Below, one piece after another: positions 38,321 through 48,662 of a stretch of 64,000 nucleotides of DNA (position 1 is the first letter of the stretch; each line of letters starts with the position of its first letter). Source of the DNA: Trichocoleus desertorum ATA4-8-CV12 (GTDB lineage: Bacteria > Cyanobacteriota > Cyanobacteriia > FACHB-46); the NCBI GenBank assembly GCA_019358975.1, contig JAHHIL010000019.1, forward strand, positions 1,473-65,472, written 5' to 3'. A program made the position numbers and the translations under genes. The notes beneath the pieces were generated by a model, which was not told where the DNA came from, searched no databases, and saw nothing but the letters and a program-made list of their open reading frames with translations.

Positions 38321-39601
38321 GTGCAAGTTATTAAAGAATATGTTCAGCGCTGGTATGAGAGCGAACTTGAACCGGATGAATACATCTGCCACGCCAAGCA
38401 AGGAAATTTAGTTGAGCTTGAGGATGTCAAAACAGGCGATCGCCGCACAGCTTTAACCTTCTGCACCAATGATGTCCTGGGACTGGTTCAAGCAGAGTCC
38501 GTTAAACAGGCGGCGATCGATAGCATTCTGCAATACGGCACTTCCAACAGTTCTTGCTCCGTCTTGAGTGGTCGCATTGATTTGCATCGGCAGCTCGAAG
38601 ATGAAATTTCGGCCTTCAAGCATTTGCCCCACACCCAACTATTTCTAAATGCTTGGATGGCAATGCAAGCTCTCATGGACGCTTTCTGTCATCTAGCCAT
38701 TCCTGTGCCCGGTTTTCAGCATACACGAGAAACATTAATTCTCACTGACGTACTGAACCACGGTTGCATTGTGTCCGCGATCTCGAATGCAGGGACTCGC
38801 TCTGGTAAGCTGTTTGGTCATAGCCCGCGTGTGCGAGTGCGTGCCTACCGCCACTGCGATGTCAACGATTTGGCCACCAAACTGCGCCGTTATGCTAGAC
38901 CCGAAGACCGCATCATGGTGGTTTCGGATGCAGTGTTCTCGATGGATGGCGATATTGCTCCTCTGCCCGACATTCTCAATGTGATGCAGAATTACGAAGG
39001 CAGCGTCTTAATGATGGATGAAGCTCATGCCAGCGGTGCGATCGGTGCCACTGGGAGAGGTATCTATGAGCACTTCAATCTCACCCCTCAGCAAGCGATC
39101 GAGCGGGGCGTGGTGCCGCTGATCATGACGACTTTCTCTAAGTTTGCGGCGTCGGCTGGAGCAGCGATTAGTAGTCACGTTGCTGAACTAAAGCCATTGT
39201 TAAATGTGTCACCCACCTCAATTGGCACCATTTCTCTTCCCCCACCGCTCACCGCTGCGGCTTTAGAGAGCATCAAAATAGTGCGACGGGAGCCAGAACG
39301 GGTGCGCCAGTTGCAGGAAAATACAGCTTACTTGCGATCGCGCTTGGCTGAGCAAGACTTTCTGGCGATTGGCGAAACCAACGTCGTTCCCGTCATTTTG
39401 CCGTCCGAAATCAACCCGAAGCTATTTGGTCGGTTGTTGCTAGAAAACTACGGCATTTGGGTGTCTCCCATTTGGTTCATTGCTAAGCCTCGTCTCCGGG
39501 TAACTGTCAACGCCCTCCATACCAAAGAGGAAATGGATCGATTGGTGGCAGGGTTAGTAGCAACTCGAAATGTGTTGTATAAACCAACAATCAGTGCTTA
39601 G
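38321..39601 (+). CDS. Alpha-oxoamine synthase family PLP enzyme (serine-palmitoyltransferase/AONS-like)
   Basis: Fold-type I motifs: SDAVFSMDGDIAPL, MDEAHASGAIG, and the PLP lysine in TTFSKFAASAGA. As far as I recall, a TFSK context is typical of SPT-like members. GTG start. Confidence 0.75.
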   Translation: MQVIKEYVQRWYESELEPDEYICHAKQGNLVELEDVKTGDRRTALTFCTNDVLGLVQAESVKQAAIDSILQYGTSNSSCSVLSGRIDLHRQLEDEISAFKHLPHTQLFLNAWMAMQALMDAFCHLAIPVPGFQHTRETLILTDVLNHGCIVSAISNAGTRSGKLFGHSPRVRVRAYRHCDVNDLATKLRRYARPEDRIMVVSDAVFSMDGDIAPLPDILNVMQNYEGSVLMMDEAHASGAIGATGRGIYEHFNLTPQQAIERGVVPLIMTTFSKFAASAGAAISSHVAELKPLLNVSPTSIGTISLPPPLTAAALESIKIVRREPERVRQLQENTAYLRSRLAEQDFLAIGETNVVPVILPSEINPKLFGRLLLENYGIWVSPIWFIAKPRLRVTVNALHTKEEMDRLVAGLVATRNVLYKPTISA

Positions 39602-39676
39602 TTCGATAAAATACTGCAAGGGTAGAAAAAACACTCTACTCTTGCCATAAAATCTTTAGTTTCAAAAGTTAAAAAA

Positions 39677-40828
39677 ATGGTGGCTACTCAGGCTTCGGCG
39701 TATCAAGTTCGAGCGGTTACGACACCAGCAGATCAAGACCTGTTTCTGGATGTGCCAGCGCGAGTTTATGCCAATGATCCGAACTGGGTGCCATCTTTAC
39801 GTAGCAGTGTTGCCAAGCAATTCGCATCTAGTAACCCGTTCTTGCAGTACGGCAAGTTTCAGCAGTTTGTGGTGGTGACTGAGGGAGCCAAAGGACCAGA
39901 GGCGGTAGGGCGTGTGGTAGCAGCAGTGAATCAGCGCCTGATTGAGCGGGAAGGGCAGCAGATTGGCCTGTTCGGCTTTTTTGAGTGCATTGCTGATTTT
40001 GCGATCGCTCAAGCATTGCTCGATGCTGCCTCTGACTGGTTGCGTCAACAAGGCATGACAGCAGTGCGGGGACCGATTGATCTCTCGACCCACAACAGTT
40101 GCCTGTGGTTAGTCGATGGCTTTGACTCACCGCCAATGGTGATGATGCCCTACAACCCTGCTTACTATCCAGAATTTATCGAGCGATTGGGATGGCAGAA
40201 GGCTAAAGATGCCTACGCTTACGACTTCCCTCTAGACGAGCCTTTACCGACTGAATTTGAGAAAGCCTATCGCATTGCCTGTAAGTCAGGCGTAACATTC
40301 CGACCGCTACGAACGAAAGGTGAGGGTTTTGAGCAAGACTGCCTTAGTCTCTACCGCTTGTTCAGCACCGCCTTTGCAGGTAACTGGAGTTCTACGCCCC
40401 GCACCCAGGAAGAATTCCTAGAAGAAGCCAAAGACCTGCAAAGCTTAGTTGATCCAGATGTTTTTCCGATCGCGGAATATAACGGCGAAATGATTGGTTT
40501 CTTCATGGGCTTGCCCGACTACAACATTCCCCTTAAGCAGGTGGGCGGCAAGCTCAATTGGCTGGGCATTCTCAAGTTTCTTTGGTATCGGCGGCAAATC
40601 AACCAAGGCCGAGTCATTGCTATCTGCTCCTTGCCAGAATATCGTCGCAAAATGGTACCTTTAGCTTTGATTTACCTGGGTATGAGCGGTGGTATCCAAA
40701 AAGGTAAACCCTATCAGCGAGCTGAACTGTCCTGGGTTTACGAAGATAACTTCCCATCGCGCAAGCTGATTGAAGCATCCGGTGGCAAGATTTATAAAAC
40801 GTACCGCATCTACGAAAAAGCAATATGA
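39677..40828 (+). CDS. Large GNAT-like acyltransferase-fold protein
   Basis: 383 aa. The MPYNPAYYPEFIE motif and the C-terminal region (RVIAICSLPEYRRKMVPLALIYLG...AELSWVYEDN) look like an acyl-CoA N-acyltransferase core. It shares an ATGA overlap with the next gene. Confidence 0.5.
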   Translation: MVATQASAYQVRAVTTPADQDLFLDVPARVYANDPNWVPSLRSSVAKQFASSNPFLQYGKFQQFVVVTEGAKGPEAVGRVVAAVNQRLIEREGQQIGLFGFFECIADFAIAQALLDAASDWLRQQGMTAVRGPIDLSTHNSCLWLVDGFDSPPMVMMPYNPAYYPEFIERLGWQKAKDAYAYDFPLDEPLPTEFEKAYRIACKSGVTFRPLRTKGEGFEQDCLSLYRLFSTAFAGNWSSTPRTQEEFLEEAKDLQSLVDPDVFPIAEYNGEMIGFFMGLPDYNIPLKQVGGKLNWLGILKFLWYRRQINQGRVIAICSLPEYRRKMVPLALIYLGMSGGIQKGKPYQRAELSWVYEDNFPSRKLIEASGGKIYKTYRIYEKAI

Positions 40829-41796
40829 AGGCGCTAGTCACCGGAGCAAACGGCTTTACCGGATCTCACCTGGTTCGCTTGCTAGAACAGCGAGGCGATA
40901 CGGTAGTTGGGCTGGTTCGCAAATCGAGCAATCTATCGCGGTTGGCTGACGCTCAAGTGCAACTGGTTTACGGCGACCTCAGCGATCGCGCAGCCTTACG
41001 CACCGCCATGCAAGGGGTAGACAGGGTATTCCATACGGCTGCCTATGTAGAGTTAGGTTTAGTGAATGCGGCTGAAATGGAGCGAGTAAACGTGGCAGGA
41101 ACTCGCGCTGTCATGGAAGTTGCTAAAGAAATGAGCGTGGCCAAAATCGTTTATTGCAGCACGATCGGCGTATTTGGCGACACCCAAGGGCAAGTGGTGG
41201 ATGAAACCTTTCAGCGCACCCAAAAAGACTTTTCTTCCGCCTACGATCGCACCAAGTATGACGCGCAAGTATTTGTGGATCAGATGGCGCAGCAAGGATT
41301 ACCAGTCGTGAGTGTCATGCCCTCTGGAATTTTTGGCGCGGATGATCCGCACTTTATTCCGGTATTGCGGCAGTTTCTCAAAGGTGGACTGAAACTCTGG
41401 GCAGGGGGCGATCGCGTCACCGGAGTTGTCCATGTTGATGATTTGGCGATGGCCATGATCTTGGCAGCAGAAAAAGCTCCAACTGGGGAGCACTACATTA
41501 TCTCGGCAGGAGATCTAACCACGCGGGAAATGTTCCAAATTGTCGGCCAACAGGCTGGCGTTCCTGCTCCAGCAGAGGCTCCCAAAGCCCTCGTAAGACT
41601 GGTAGGAAATATTTTGGACCCCATCGGACGACTGTTCTCCTGGCAACCCCCCCTCAGTCGAGAACGGGTGCATTACGTCTACGATCGCTGTGTACGAGTT
41701 GATGCTGCTAAAGCCCGACGCGAGTTAAACTGGCAACCCCGCTCAGTCGCAGACACCTTGACTGAAATCGCTCAAGCAGTGCAGAAGACGCTTTAG
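40825..41796 (+). CDS. NAD(P)-dependent epimerase/dehydratase-family (extended SDR) reductase
   Basis: VTGANGFTGSHLV Rossmann motif and a YxxxK motif (SAYDRTKYDAQ). 323 aa. Confidence 0.8.
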   Translation: MKALVTGANGFTGSHLVRLLEQRGDTVVGLVRKSSNLSRLADAQVQLVYGDLSDRAALRTAMQGVDRVFHTAAYVELGLVNAAEMERVNVAGTRAVMEVAKEMSVAKIVYCSTIGVFGDTQGQVVDETFQRTQKDFSSAYDRTKYDAQVFVDQMAQQGLPVVSVMPSGIFGADDPHFIPVLRQFLKGGLKLWAGGDRVTGVVHVDDLAMAMILAAEKAPTGEHYIISAGDLTTREMFQIVGQQAGVPAPAEAPKALVRLVGNILDPIGRLFSWQPPLSRERVHYVYDRCVRVDAAKARRELNWQPRSVADTLTEIAQAVQKTL

Positions 41797-42088
41797 CTTC
41801 TAGTAATGCTTTCGTTTTGGAACCACCACTGGTTTCTGTGAAATTTCTATGAAATGCCGACTATTGGGGATGATCCCTATGGGGAGTGGGTAGATTGCCG
41901 CTATGCGATCGCCTATCTTACCAGTGAGAATACAGATATAACAAAGCAGCCAATTGGCATTTAACACACCAAGCCTCGCCTAATATAGAGGCTGACAGGA
42001 GTTATAACGAGGCCGATTTGCTCCTCCGTCAACCGGAGTGACAACAAGCAACAGGTTCTCGACAAACTGTATGGAATAAATCACGGGT

Positions 42089-42122
42089 AGGGGCGCAGCA
42101 TTCTGTGCCCCTATCTAGTTTT
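42089..42122. terminator. Hairpin between the convergent SDR and ABC-ATPase genes (possible bidirectional terminator)
   Basis: AGGGGCGCA-GCATTC-TGTGCCCCT is a 9-bp stem including one G-T pair. It is followed by ATCTAGTTTT on the plus strand, and the minus-strand T tract is weaker. Confidence 0.45.
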
Positions 42123-42159
42123 AAGCCGTATGTAAAGTTGCATCAGCTGAAATGAGGGA

Positions 42160-42933
42160 CTAAGCGGCGTATTGCTGATTAAGCATGCCGTCTTCCAGGT
42201 TCACCACTTGATCTGCTACATCCATGATGCGCGGGTCATGAGTCACCATCAGCACTGTACGACCGCCCTCTTTGGCAAGATTTCGCAGCAACTCAATCAC
42301 CGCATGGCCGCTACGAGAGTCTAGAGCCGCAGTGGGTTCATCTGCCATAATCAGAGGTGGATCGCCTGCCAAAGCCCGCGCGATCGCCACTCGTTGTTGC
42401 TGCCCACCCGATAGCTCACGAGGTAGTAGCCTCACCTTGTCTTGCAGACCCACCTGTTCTAGTAAGTTTTGAGCCTGATGGCGGCGGTTATTGCGTCCCC
42501 GGAGACCTTTGACCTTGAGTGCCAATTCCACATTCTCAAGAGCAGTCAGGGCAGGAAACAGATTAAATCCTTGAAAAATAAAACCAATATTCTCCAAGCG
42601 GAACTGGGCCAGTTGGGTACGAGACATTTTCGTGATTTCTTGTCCCAACAGGTGAACACTGCCACGGCTAGGTGTTAAAATCCCCGCTAGGATAGAGAGC
42701 AGTGTGGTTTTTCCAGAGCCGGAAGGACCCATCAACAGGTAGATATCCCCTCTCTGAATATCCAGATCAATATCTTTGAGGGCGTAAAAGCGTTCAGCAC
42801 CAGACTGGAAGACCATTTCCACCCCACGGGCAGTGATGGCATTCGTTTTAACATGGGTAGAGCCTAGTGCGGTAGAAGCAACCTGACTCTGAACCTGGGC
42901 ATATTCAGGGATACGAATTTGAGAAGCAGTCAT
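42160..42933 (-). CDS. ABC transporter ATP-binding protein (DevA/MacB-LolD type)
   Basis: Walker A GPSGSGKTT, signature LSGGQQQRVAIARAL, and Walker B IMADEPT. Confidence 0.88.
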   Translation of the reverse strand: MTASQIRIPEYAQVQSQVASTALGSTHVKTNAITARGVEMVFQSGAERFYALKDIDLDIQRGDIYLLMGPSGSGKTTLLSILAGILTPSRGSVHLLGQEITKMSRTQLAQFRLENIGFIFQGFNLFPALTALENVELALKVKGLRGRNNRRHQAQNLLEQVGLQDKVRLLPRELSGGQQQRVAIARALAGDPPLIMADEPTAALDSRSGHAVIELLRNLAKEGGRTVLMVTHDPRIMDVADQVVNLEDGMLNQQYAA

Positions 42934-43110
42934 CCGCTTAGGTTTTTAATCAACATTGGTTAAATGAAAAGGAGTGCGAACTTTTGGCAGCGATGCATCG
43001 GTAGATTCAGATGCTTAGATGCCGAATCGAGATTTCATCGCTGTAAAGTCATACTATCTAGTGTATCCAGGTTCTTTAAGTTCTCCGTATTCCTATCGTG
43101 AAGTTTAAGG

Positions 43111-44385
43111 TTATGCCTTGAACACGATGGCAGGGTCAACTCGTGTCACTTTCTGAATGGCAAACAGTGCGGAGCTAACGCACATCACAATTGTGATGCC
43201 AAAAACTCCAAAGGCTGTCGCGGGTGTAATTAAAATCAGGATTCCTTGGGTTGCCGATGTCCACGTACTCACTCCAAAGCACAGGACTAAGCTAGGAAGG
43301 TAGCCTAAAACGGCCATCCATAAGGCTTGTTCAACAATCACGCTGTATATTACCCAATCTGACGCTCCCATCGCTTTGAGAGTTCCGAACTCTCGTAAGT
43401 GATCTGAGACAGAGGAGTAGAGAATTTGGCCCACAATCACGACCCCAACAATGATGCCAACGGCGGCTCCTAGACCAAGAACAAAGCCAATGCCAGTGCG
43501 TTTTTGCCAATAGTTACGGGTTTTTGCAGCCATTTCGGCTCGGGTATAGGCATGGGTATTTGGCAGTGTAGTTTCCAGCCGTTTTTTAAGAACTGCTAGA
43601 TCCTGGTTGGGTTGAGCGCGAATCAAGATATAGGTGATGGGGTCGCCGAGGTTTAGGCGTCGGGGTGTCGTAGGAGAAGCATTGAGCGGGCCAGAGCCAG
43701 CAGGGGCGGTTTCATAGGTGTTGGTGCATTGCACTTCATCAGAGCCAGTCTGCGATCGGCATTGCAAGTTAGAACTAACGGGAGCATTCACATAGGCATT
43801 GGCATTTTCTAGGGAGGTAAATAGGAAGCTACTAGACACCATTGACTGGGTGCCACGAGTGAGGCCAATGAGTCGAGCCGGAAGTGATCCGATCGCGCCT
43901 TGAGCATTCGGGGCTTTCAGATTCAGAGAGTCTGCATTGGTTTCATCCACCATGACCGAAAAAGGCTGTTTGAGGGCGCTGAGGTTGCCTTGGGTGATGT
44001 TTTGCGGCGCAAACAACTGTCCCTGGGGATCAAATCCGACGACTCGCACTGGAGCAATCTCGTCTTGAGAGTTGCGCCAAAGAGCTGGTCTAAAGATCAA
44101 GGCTTCCGCTCGCCCTACCCCGGTTACTTGCTGCGCGACCCTCAGCTGATCGACGGCAAGAGGCAACGTTAGCTCAACCTGCACCATATCTTTGGAAGCA
44201 ACCCAAAGATCAGCCTGGGACTGGTCAATTAAGAGGGTGGTAGAACGAGTAAACCCTCTGAGAATCCCAGTTTGAATGGTGACTAGGCTGACCGCAAACA
44301 TGATGCCAGCTTGCGCGACCAGGAATCGAGGAATATCCTCAAACAAATTTTTGCGGGCGATGGAAGCCATGAAGGGGAGTAACAA
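43111..44385 (-). CDS. ABC exporter permease (DevC/FtsX-like)
   Basis: An N-terminal TM helix, a large periplasmic loop, and a C-terminal FtsX-like cluster of three TM helices (GTLKAMGASDWVIYSVIVEQALWMAVLGYLP). Confidence 0.8.
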   Translation of the reverse strand: MLLPFMASIARKNLFEDIPRFLVAQAGIMFAVSLVTIQTGILRGFTRSTTLLIDQSQADLWVASKDMVQVELTLPLAVDQLRVAQQVTGVGRAEALIFRPALWRNSQDEIAPVRVVGFDPQGQLFAPQNITQGNLSALKQPFSVMVDETNADSLNLKAPNAQGAIGSLPARLIGLTRGTQSMVSSSFLFTSLENANAYVNAPVSSNLQCRSQTGSDEVQCTNTYETAPAGSGPLNASPTTPRRLNLGDPITYILIRAQPNQDLAVLKKRLETTLPNTHAYTRAEMAAKTRNYWQKRTGIGFVLGLGAAVGIIVGVVIVGQILYSSVSDHLREFGTLKAMGASDWVIYSVIVEQALWMAVLGYLPSLVLCFGVSTWTSATQGILILITPATAFGVFGITIVMCVSSALFAIQKVTRVDPAIVFKA

Positions 44386-44444
44386 TTGAGTGCCTTATTA
44401 TCAGCCTAAGAGATGGCAAGGCAAACTTCTGCCAAACAAACCAC

Positions 44445-46355
44445 TTACTCGACCGTCACAGATTTGGCGAGGTTTCTCGGCTGGTCTACGTCTAAGCCAC
44501 GACGGGCCGCGATGTGATAGGCCAGCAACTGTAGCGGAATCACGGCCAAAATGGGCGAGAGTAACTCTTCCACAACTGGCACAGGCAATAAGTCATCGAA
44601 GATCTCGGCAGATTCGCTGGCCTCTAAAGGAGTTACCCCAATCAGACGGGCATCTCTGGCTTTGGCTTCTTGAGCGTTGGAGAGCACTTTTTCGTAAACC
44701 AAACCGGGTGTGGCGATCGCAACGACAGGCACCTTAGCATCTAGTAGCGCGATCGGCCCGTGCTTCATTTCCCCCGCAGGATAACCTTCGGCATGGATGT
44801 AGCTGATTTCTTTGAGTTTCAAGGCTCCCTCTAGGGCGATCGGGAAGTTGATCCCTCGCCCTAAGAAAATAAAGTCCTGAGTTTCTGCGAAGTCGTGAGC
44901 GAGTTCTTCGATATAGCGCTCTTGGCTTTCCAGAATTAGCTCGATTTGTGCTGGAAGCTGCCGTAGCCCTAGCAAGATTTTTTCTAAACGAGCGGCTGAT
45001 AGCGTTTGTTGGTGGTAAGCCAAATCTAAAGCTAGGGCATAGAACGCCATCAACTGCGCCACAAAAGTTTTAGTCGCAGCCACTCCAATCTCGATCCCTG
45101 CGTGGGTATCAATCACTTGAGGCACCATATGACCTAAGGAGCTTTCGGGACGGTTGGTGATCCCTAGCAAGCGTGCCTCAAACCGGGGGGATTGCCCAGT
45201 ACGACGCTGCTTTTCCATCTCCAGTGCGGCTAGTGTATCTGCGGTTTCACCGGACTGAGTTACGCCAATGGTGAGCGTGTTGGGGGTCAGAGGCGAAGGA
45301 GCATAGCGAAACTCGGAGGCATACTGCACCATCGTTGGGATGCCAGCCAACTGCTCAATGAGGTACTTGCCTACTAAACTGGCGTGCCAACTGGTGCCAC
45401 AAGCGACAATTTGCACCTGTTTCAAATCGCTGTACAACTCAGGTGACAAGTTGAGTTTGATCGGTGAGGTAGAAGATTCAGTCCCCCAACTGCTGTCTAA
45501 ATAAGCTTCTAGGCAAGCCCGCACTACCCCAGGCTGCTCGTAGATTTCCTTGAGCATGAAGTGTTTGAAACCTTGCTTCTCCACCATGACTGGGTTCCAG
45601 TTGAGGGTACGGGGAGTTTTTCGCAAGCGATCGCCCGCAAAGCTATAGACTTCCACACCCAAGGGAGTTAGACGAGCCAGTTCGCCATTTTCCAAGGTTA
45701 AGACGGCGCGGGTATGGGGCACTAAAGCGGGGGTATCGGAAGCGCAGAAGAATTCCCCTTGACCGAAACCGATCGATAACGGCGCTTGCTGTCGCGCCAC
45801 AATCAGTTCGTCCGGGAAGTCAGCGCTAATTACCGCGATCGCAAAGGCTCCTTGTAATTGGTTGACCGCTTGGCGCACCGCTTCTAGTAAAGGTGAGTGT
45901 TGGGCCAAGGTCGGCATCGAACTAAGATCAGCCTTTAATTTTTCTAGCAGTTCAGCAATCAGATGCGGGATTACTTCCGTATCAGTGTCAGAGCGGAAGG
46001 TGTGGCCTCTAGCAATTAATCCTTCTCGCAATTCTCGATAATTCTCGATAATGCCGTTCTGTACCACAGCCAAACGGCGGGCTGTGTCCATGTGGGGGTG
46101 GGCATTATATTCTTCTGGTTTGCCGTGAGTCGCCCAACGAGTGTGACCGATGCCAAGCTGAGCTGGGTTCTCAATGCCTTCTAGTTTTTCTTGGAGATTG
46201 TGCAGCTTGCCCTTGGCGCGGACGCAGTGGATCTCGCCTTCCAAAACGGTTGCGATCCCCGCAGAATCGTAGCCGCGATACTCCAGTTTCTGTAACCCTG
46301 CCAACAAAATGTCACTTGCTGCTTGGGTACCGATATAGCCAACAATTCCGCACAT
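44445..46355 (-). CDS. glmS: Glutamine--fructose-6-phosphate aminotransferase
   Basis: MCGIVGYIG N-terminal nucleophile, two SIS domains, and the C-terminus NLAKSVTVE. Confidence 0.95.
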   Translation of the reverse strand: MCGIVGYIGTQAASDILLAGLQKLEYRGYDSAGIATVLEGEIHCVRAKGKLHNLQEKLEGIENPAQLGIGHTRWATHGKPEEYNAHPHMDTARRLAVVQNGIIENYRELREGLIARGHTFRSDTDTEVIPHLIAELLEKLKADLSSMPTLAQHSPLLEAVRQAVNQLQGAFAIAVISADFPDELIVARQQAPLSIGFGQGEFFCASDTPALVPHTRAVLTLENGELARLTPLGVEVYSFAGDRLRKTPRTLNWNPVMVEKQGFKHFMLKEIYEQPGVVRACLEAYLDSSWGTESSTSPIKLNLSPELYSDLKQVQIVACGTSWHASLVGKYLIEQLAGIPTMVQYASEFRYAPSPLTPNTLTIGVTQSGETADTLAALEMEKQRRTGQSPRFEARLLGITNRPESSLGHMVPQVIDTHAGIEIGVAATKTFVAQLMAFYALALDLAYHQQTLSAARLEKILLGLRQLPAQIELILESQERYIEELAHDFAETQDFIFLGRGINFPIALEGALKLKEISYIHAEGYPAGEMKHGPIALLDAKVPVVAIATPGLVYEKVLSNAQEAKARDARLIGVTPLEASESAEIFDDLLPVPVVEELLSPILAVIPLQLLAYHIAARRGLDVDQPRNLAKSVTVE

Positions 46356-46580
46356 TTAACCCACAACTCCTGCCAAGCGATTACGGTTTAGGTGCCATCT
46401 GCCTTTCAGCGTCTTGGCTGTAGTGCGATCGCGCGATCGCCTTTTGAAGCAGATAAAACGCGAATATAACAGTCTTTAACGATCAACAGTGATTCATCAA
46501 GTACGGAAACCAGAAAGTGATCTACGCCTTAGTTGCGTGGCAAACGGGATAGATAGCTGCCCTAGGCACGTGAAATTACC

Positions 46581-46609
46581 AAAAAAATAGGGAGGTGTTT
46601 AGCCTCCCC
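46581..46609 (-). terminator. Rho-independent terminator downstream of psaC
   Basis: The minus strand reads GGGAGG-CTAAACA-CCTCCC followed by TATTTTTTT, about 65 nt after the psaC stop. Confidence 0.7.
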
Positions 46610-46674
46610 GATTTTTTGAACCCAAGTATATCGATAAACGCAGGATAAAAAAATGATGCGTTTAATGTCAGTTT

Positions 46675-46980
<306 letters not shown>

Positions 46981-47227
46981 CTAGCAAGTCTTAGAACTAA
47001 GACTCTAGAATCAACGCCAAGTTTACCGCAGTGCCAGAGATCGCTTCTGAGAAAGGTGGCAAAAATTTAAAGAATTTAATACAGACCGCAATAGTGGCTA
47101 GCTTTTTTGATAAAGCCTAGCGAAACTTGCCCTTGTCATTGTCTAGCCAGCTATTTTTGGCTTAGTAATGCCAGTTTTTGTAAACTGATCGTTACAAAAC
47201 GTAGGAAACAAGCTGGAGATTTTTGAC

Positions 47228-48133
47228 CTATACACCGAGCTTTTCCAAAACTGAGCGAGTAGAAACGATGTGATGGCTTAATCCCAACTTTTCTGGGGTA
47301 ATTCCTAAAGCTAGAGCCACGAGTTGAGGTAGGTGTAAAACTGGCAAGCCCAGTTTTTGACCGATGACTTGCTCTACTTCGGGTTGGCGAGAATCCAGAT
47401 TGAGGTGGCACAGGGGGCAAGGGGTGACCAAACAATCGGCCCCAGCCGCGATCGCCTCCTGAATATGATTGCCTGCCATTTGAAACGCCTGATTGGTAGC
47501 GTAACTAGAGAGCGGCCAGCCACAGCATTGAGTGCGTCCCCGATAGTAAATCGGTGTAGCCCCAATCGCCCGAAACACGTTCTCCATCGATTCTGGTTGG
47601 AAGGGGTCATCAAACGGAATGGAGGTTTGGGCGCGGAGTAGGTAGCAGCCATAAAATGCAGCGCAATTCAGCCCAGCCAGCTTACGGGTTACTTTGGCTT
47701 GCAGCGCCTCTAAGCCGTAGTCGCCCACCAACGCCCACAGCAAATGCTTCACCTCAGTACTGCCCTTGTAGGGTGAGCAGCCTTCTTGCTTCAATAAGCC
47801 ATTGATTTGATCAATATAGTCAGGATTGGTCTGTTGAGATTTTTTTAACCGTTCATCCACATGACCGATTACTCCTTGGCAAGTGCTGCAATGAGTAAGT
47901 AGGGGTAAATTTAATTCTTCTGCTAGGGCAATATTACGAGCATTGACGCTGTCTTCTAAGAGAGCGGACTCTTCCTTAAACGTACCGGAGCCGCAACAGG
48001 AAGCTTTTTTTAGTTCGACTAGCTCAATGCCTAAGGCTGTAGTTAGGGCTGCGGTTGAGAGATAAAGTTCCCGGCAGGCTCCTTGAGCCACACAGCCAGG
48101 GAAATAAGCGTACTTCAAAGACGGAGATGGCAT
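47228..48133 (-). CDS. CCG-domain protein (HdrB / SdhE-like heterodisulfide-reductase subunit B family)
   Basis: YFPGCVAQG...ASCCGSG and AAFYGCYLLR...TQCCGWP are two cysteine-rich CCG motifs. Confidence 0.7.
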   Translation of the reverse strand: MPSPSLKYAYFPGCVAQGACRELYLSTAALTTALGIELVELKKASCCGSGTFKEESALLEDSVNARNIALAEELNLPLLTHCSTCQGVIGHVDERLKKSQQTNPDYIDQINGLLKQEGCSPYKGSTEVKHLLWALVGDYGLEALQAKVTRKLAGLNCAAFYGCYLLRAQTSIPFDDPFQPESMENVFRAIGATPIYYRGRTQCCGWPLSSYATNQAFQMAGNHIQEAIAAGADCLVTPCPLCHLNLDSRQPEVEQVIGQKLGLPVLHLPQLVALALGITPEKLGLSHHIVSTRSVLEKLGV

Positions 48134-48217
48134 AGCTAAGCATGACTGAATAAACGTTCAGCTCCAGCAAAATTTGATCTAGGTTCAACTTGCTAAAGAA
48201 CGTGAACCGCACTGTAC

Positions 48218-48315
48218 GCCCTCATCCCCTAACCCCTTCTCCCAATTCTGAGAGAAGGGGAACCGGACTCTTACTCCCCTCTCCCAACTTTGGGAGAGGG
48301 GTCGGGGGTGAGGGC
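48218..48315. repeat. GC-rich nested palindromic (MITE-like) element
   Basis: Outer arms: gccctcatcccc ... gggggtgagggc. Inner hairpins: ccttctcCCAATTCTgagaagg and cccctctcccAACTTTgggagagggg. Confidence 0.7.
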
Positions 48316-48662
48316 CGCAAAGTGGATAAATTCACTGTCTTTCGAGCCTACCTAGTTGAGGAGCTAACTCGTGACTGACCCCTCTATCATCGCTTTTTCA
48401 ACTCAGGACTGTGGCGATCGCAGTTAACTTTTCGTTGAGTTTTAGCTCGCAATGTGTCAGTTAGGGAAAGCGCCTATCCAACGCGATCGCCGTCACGCTT
48501 TCAGATAAGATAAGAAATGCTTAGAGCTGATGTCTGTCTGGGATCAAATCTCAGCGAATTCATCTGTAATTTGGCAGCCCTTCTAGAGTAAGTTTTTCTA
48601 GAGCGCACCGACAAAGGCTCAAAACACTGAGTAAGTCCTAAAATAAGAAGCTAGGGGTTGTC

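Noticed and set aside
38321-39601. Annotation as biotin-pathway BioF (8-amino-7-oxononanoate synthase)
   Set aside because: No bio genes are adjacent. The gene is operonic with a GNAT-like acyltransferase and an SDR reductase, and the lysine context is TFSK rather than the BioF-like pattern I recall. BioF cannot be fully excluded without phylogeny.
46356-46674. glmS ribozyme upstream of glmS
   Set aside because: The glmS ribozyme is characteristic of Gram-positive bacteria, and I saw no matching conserved core. The only clear structure in the spacer is the psaC terminator hairpin.
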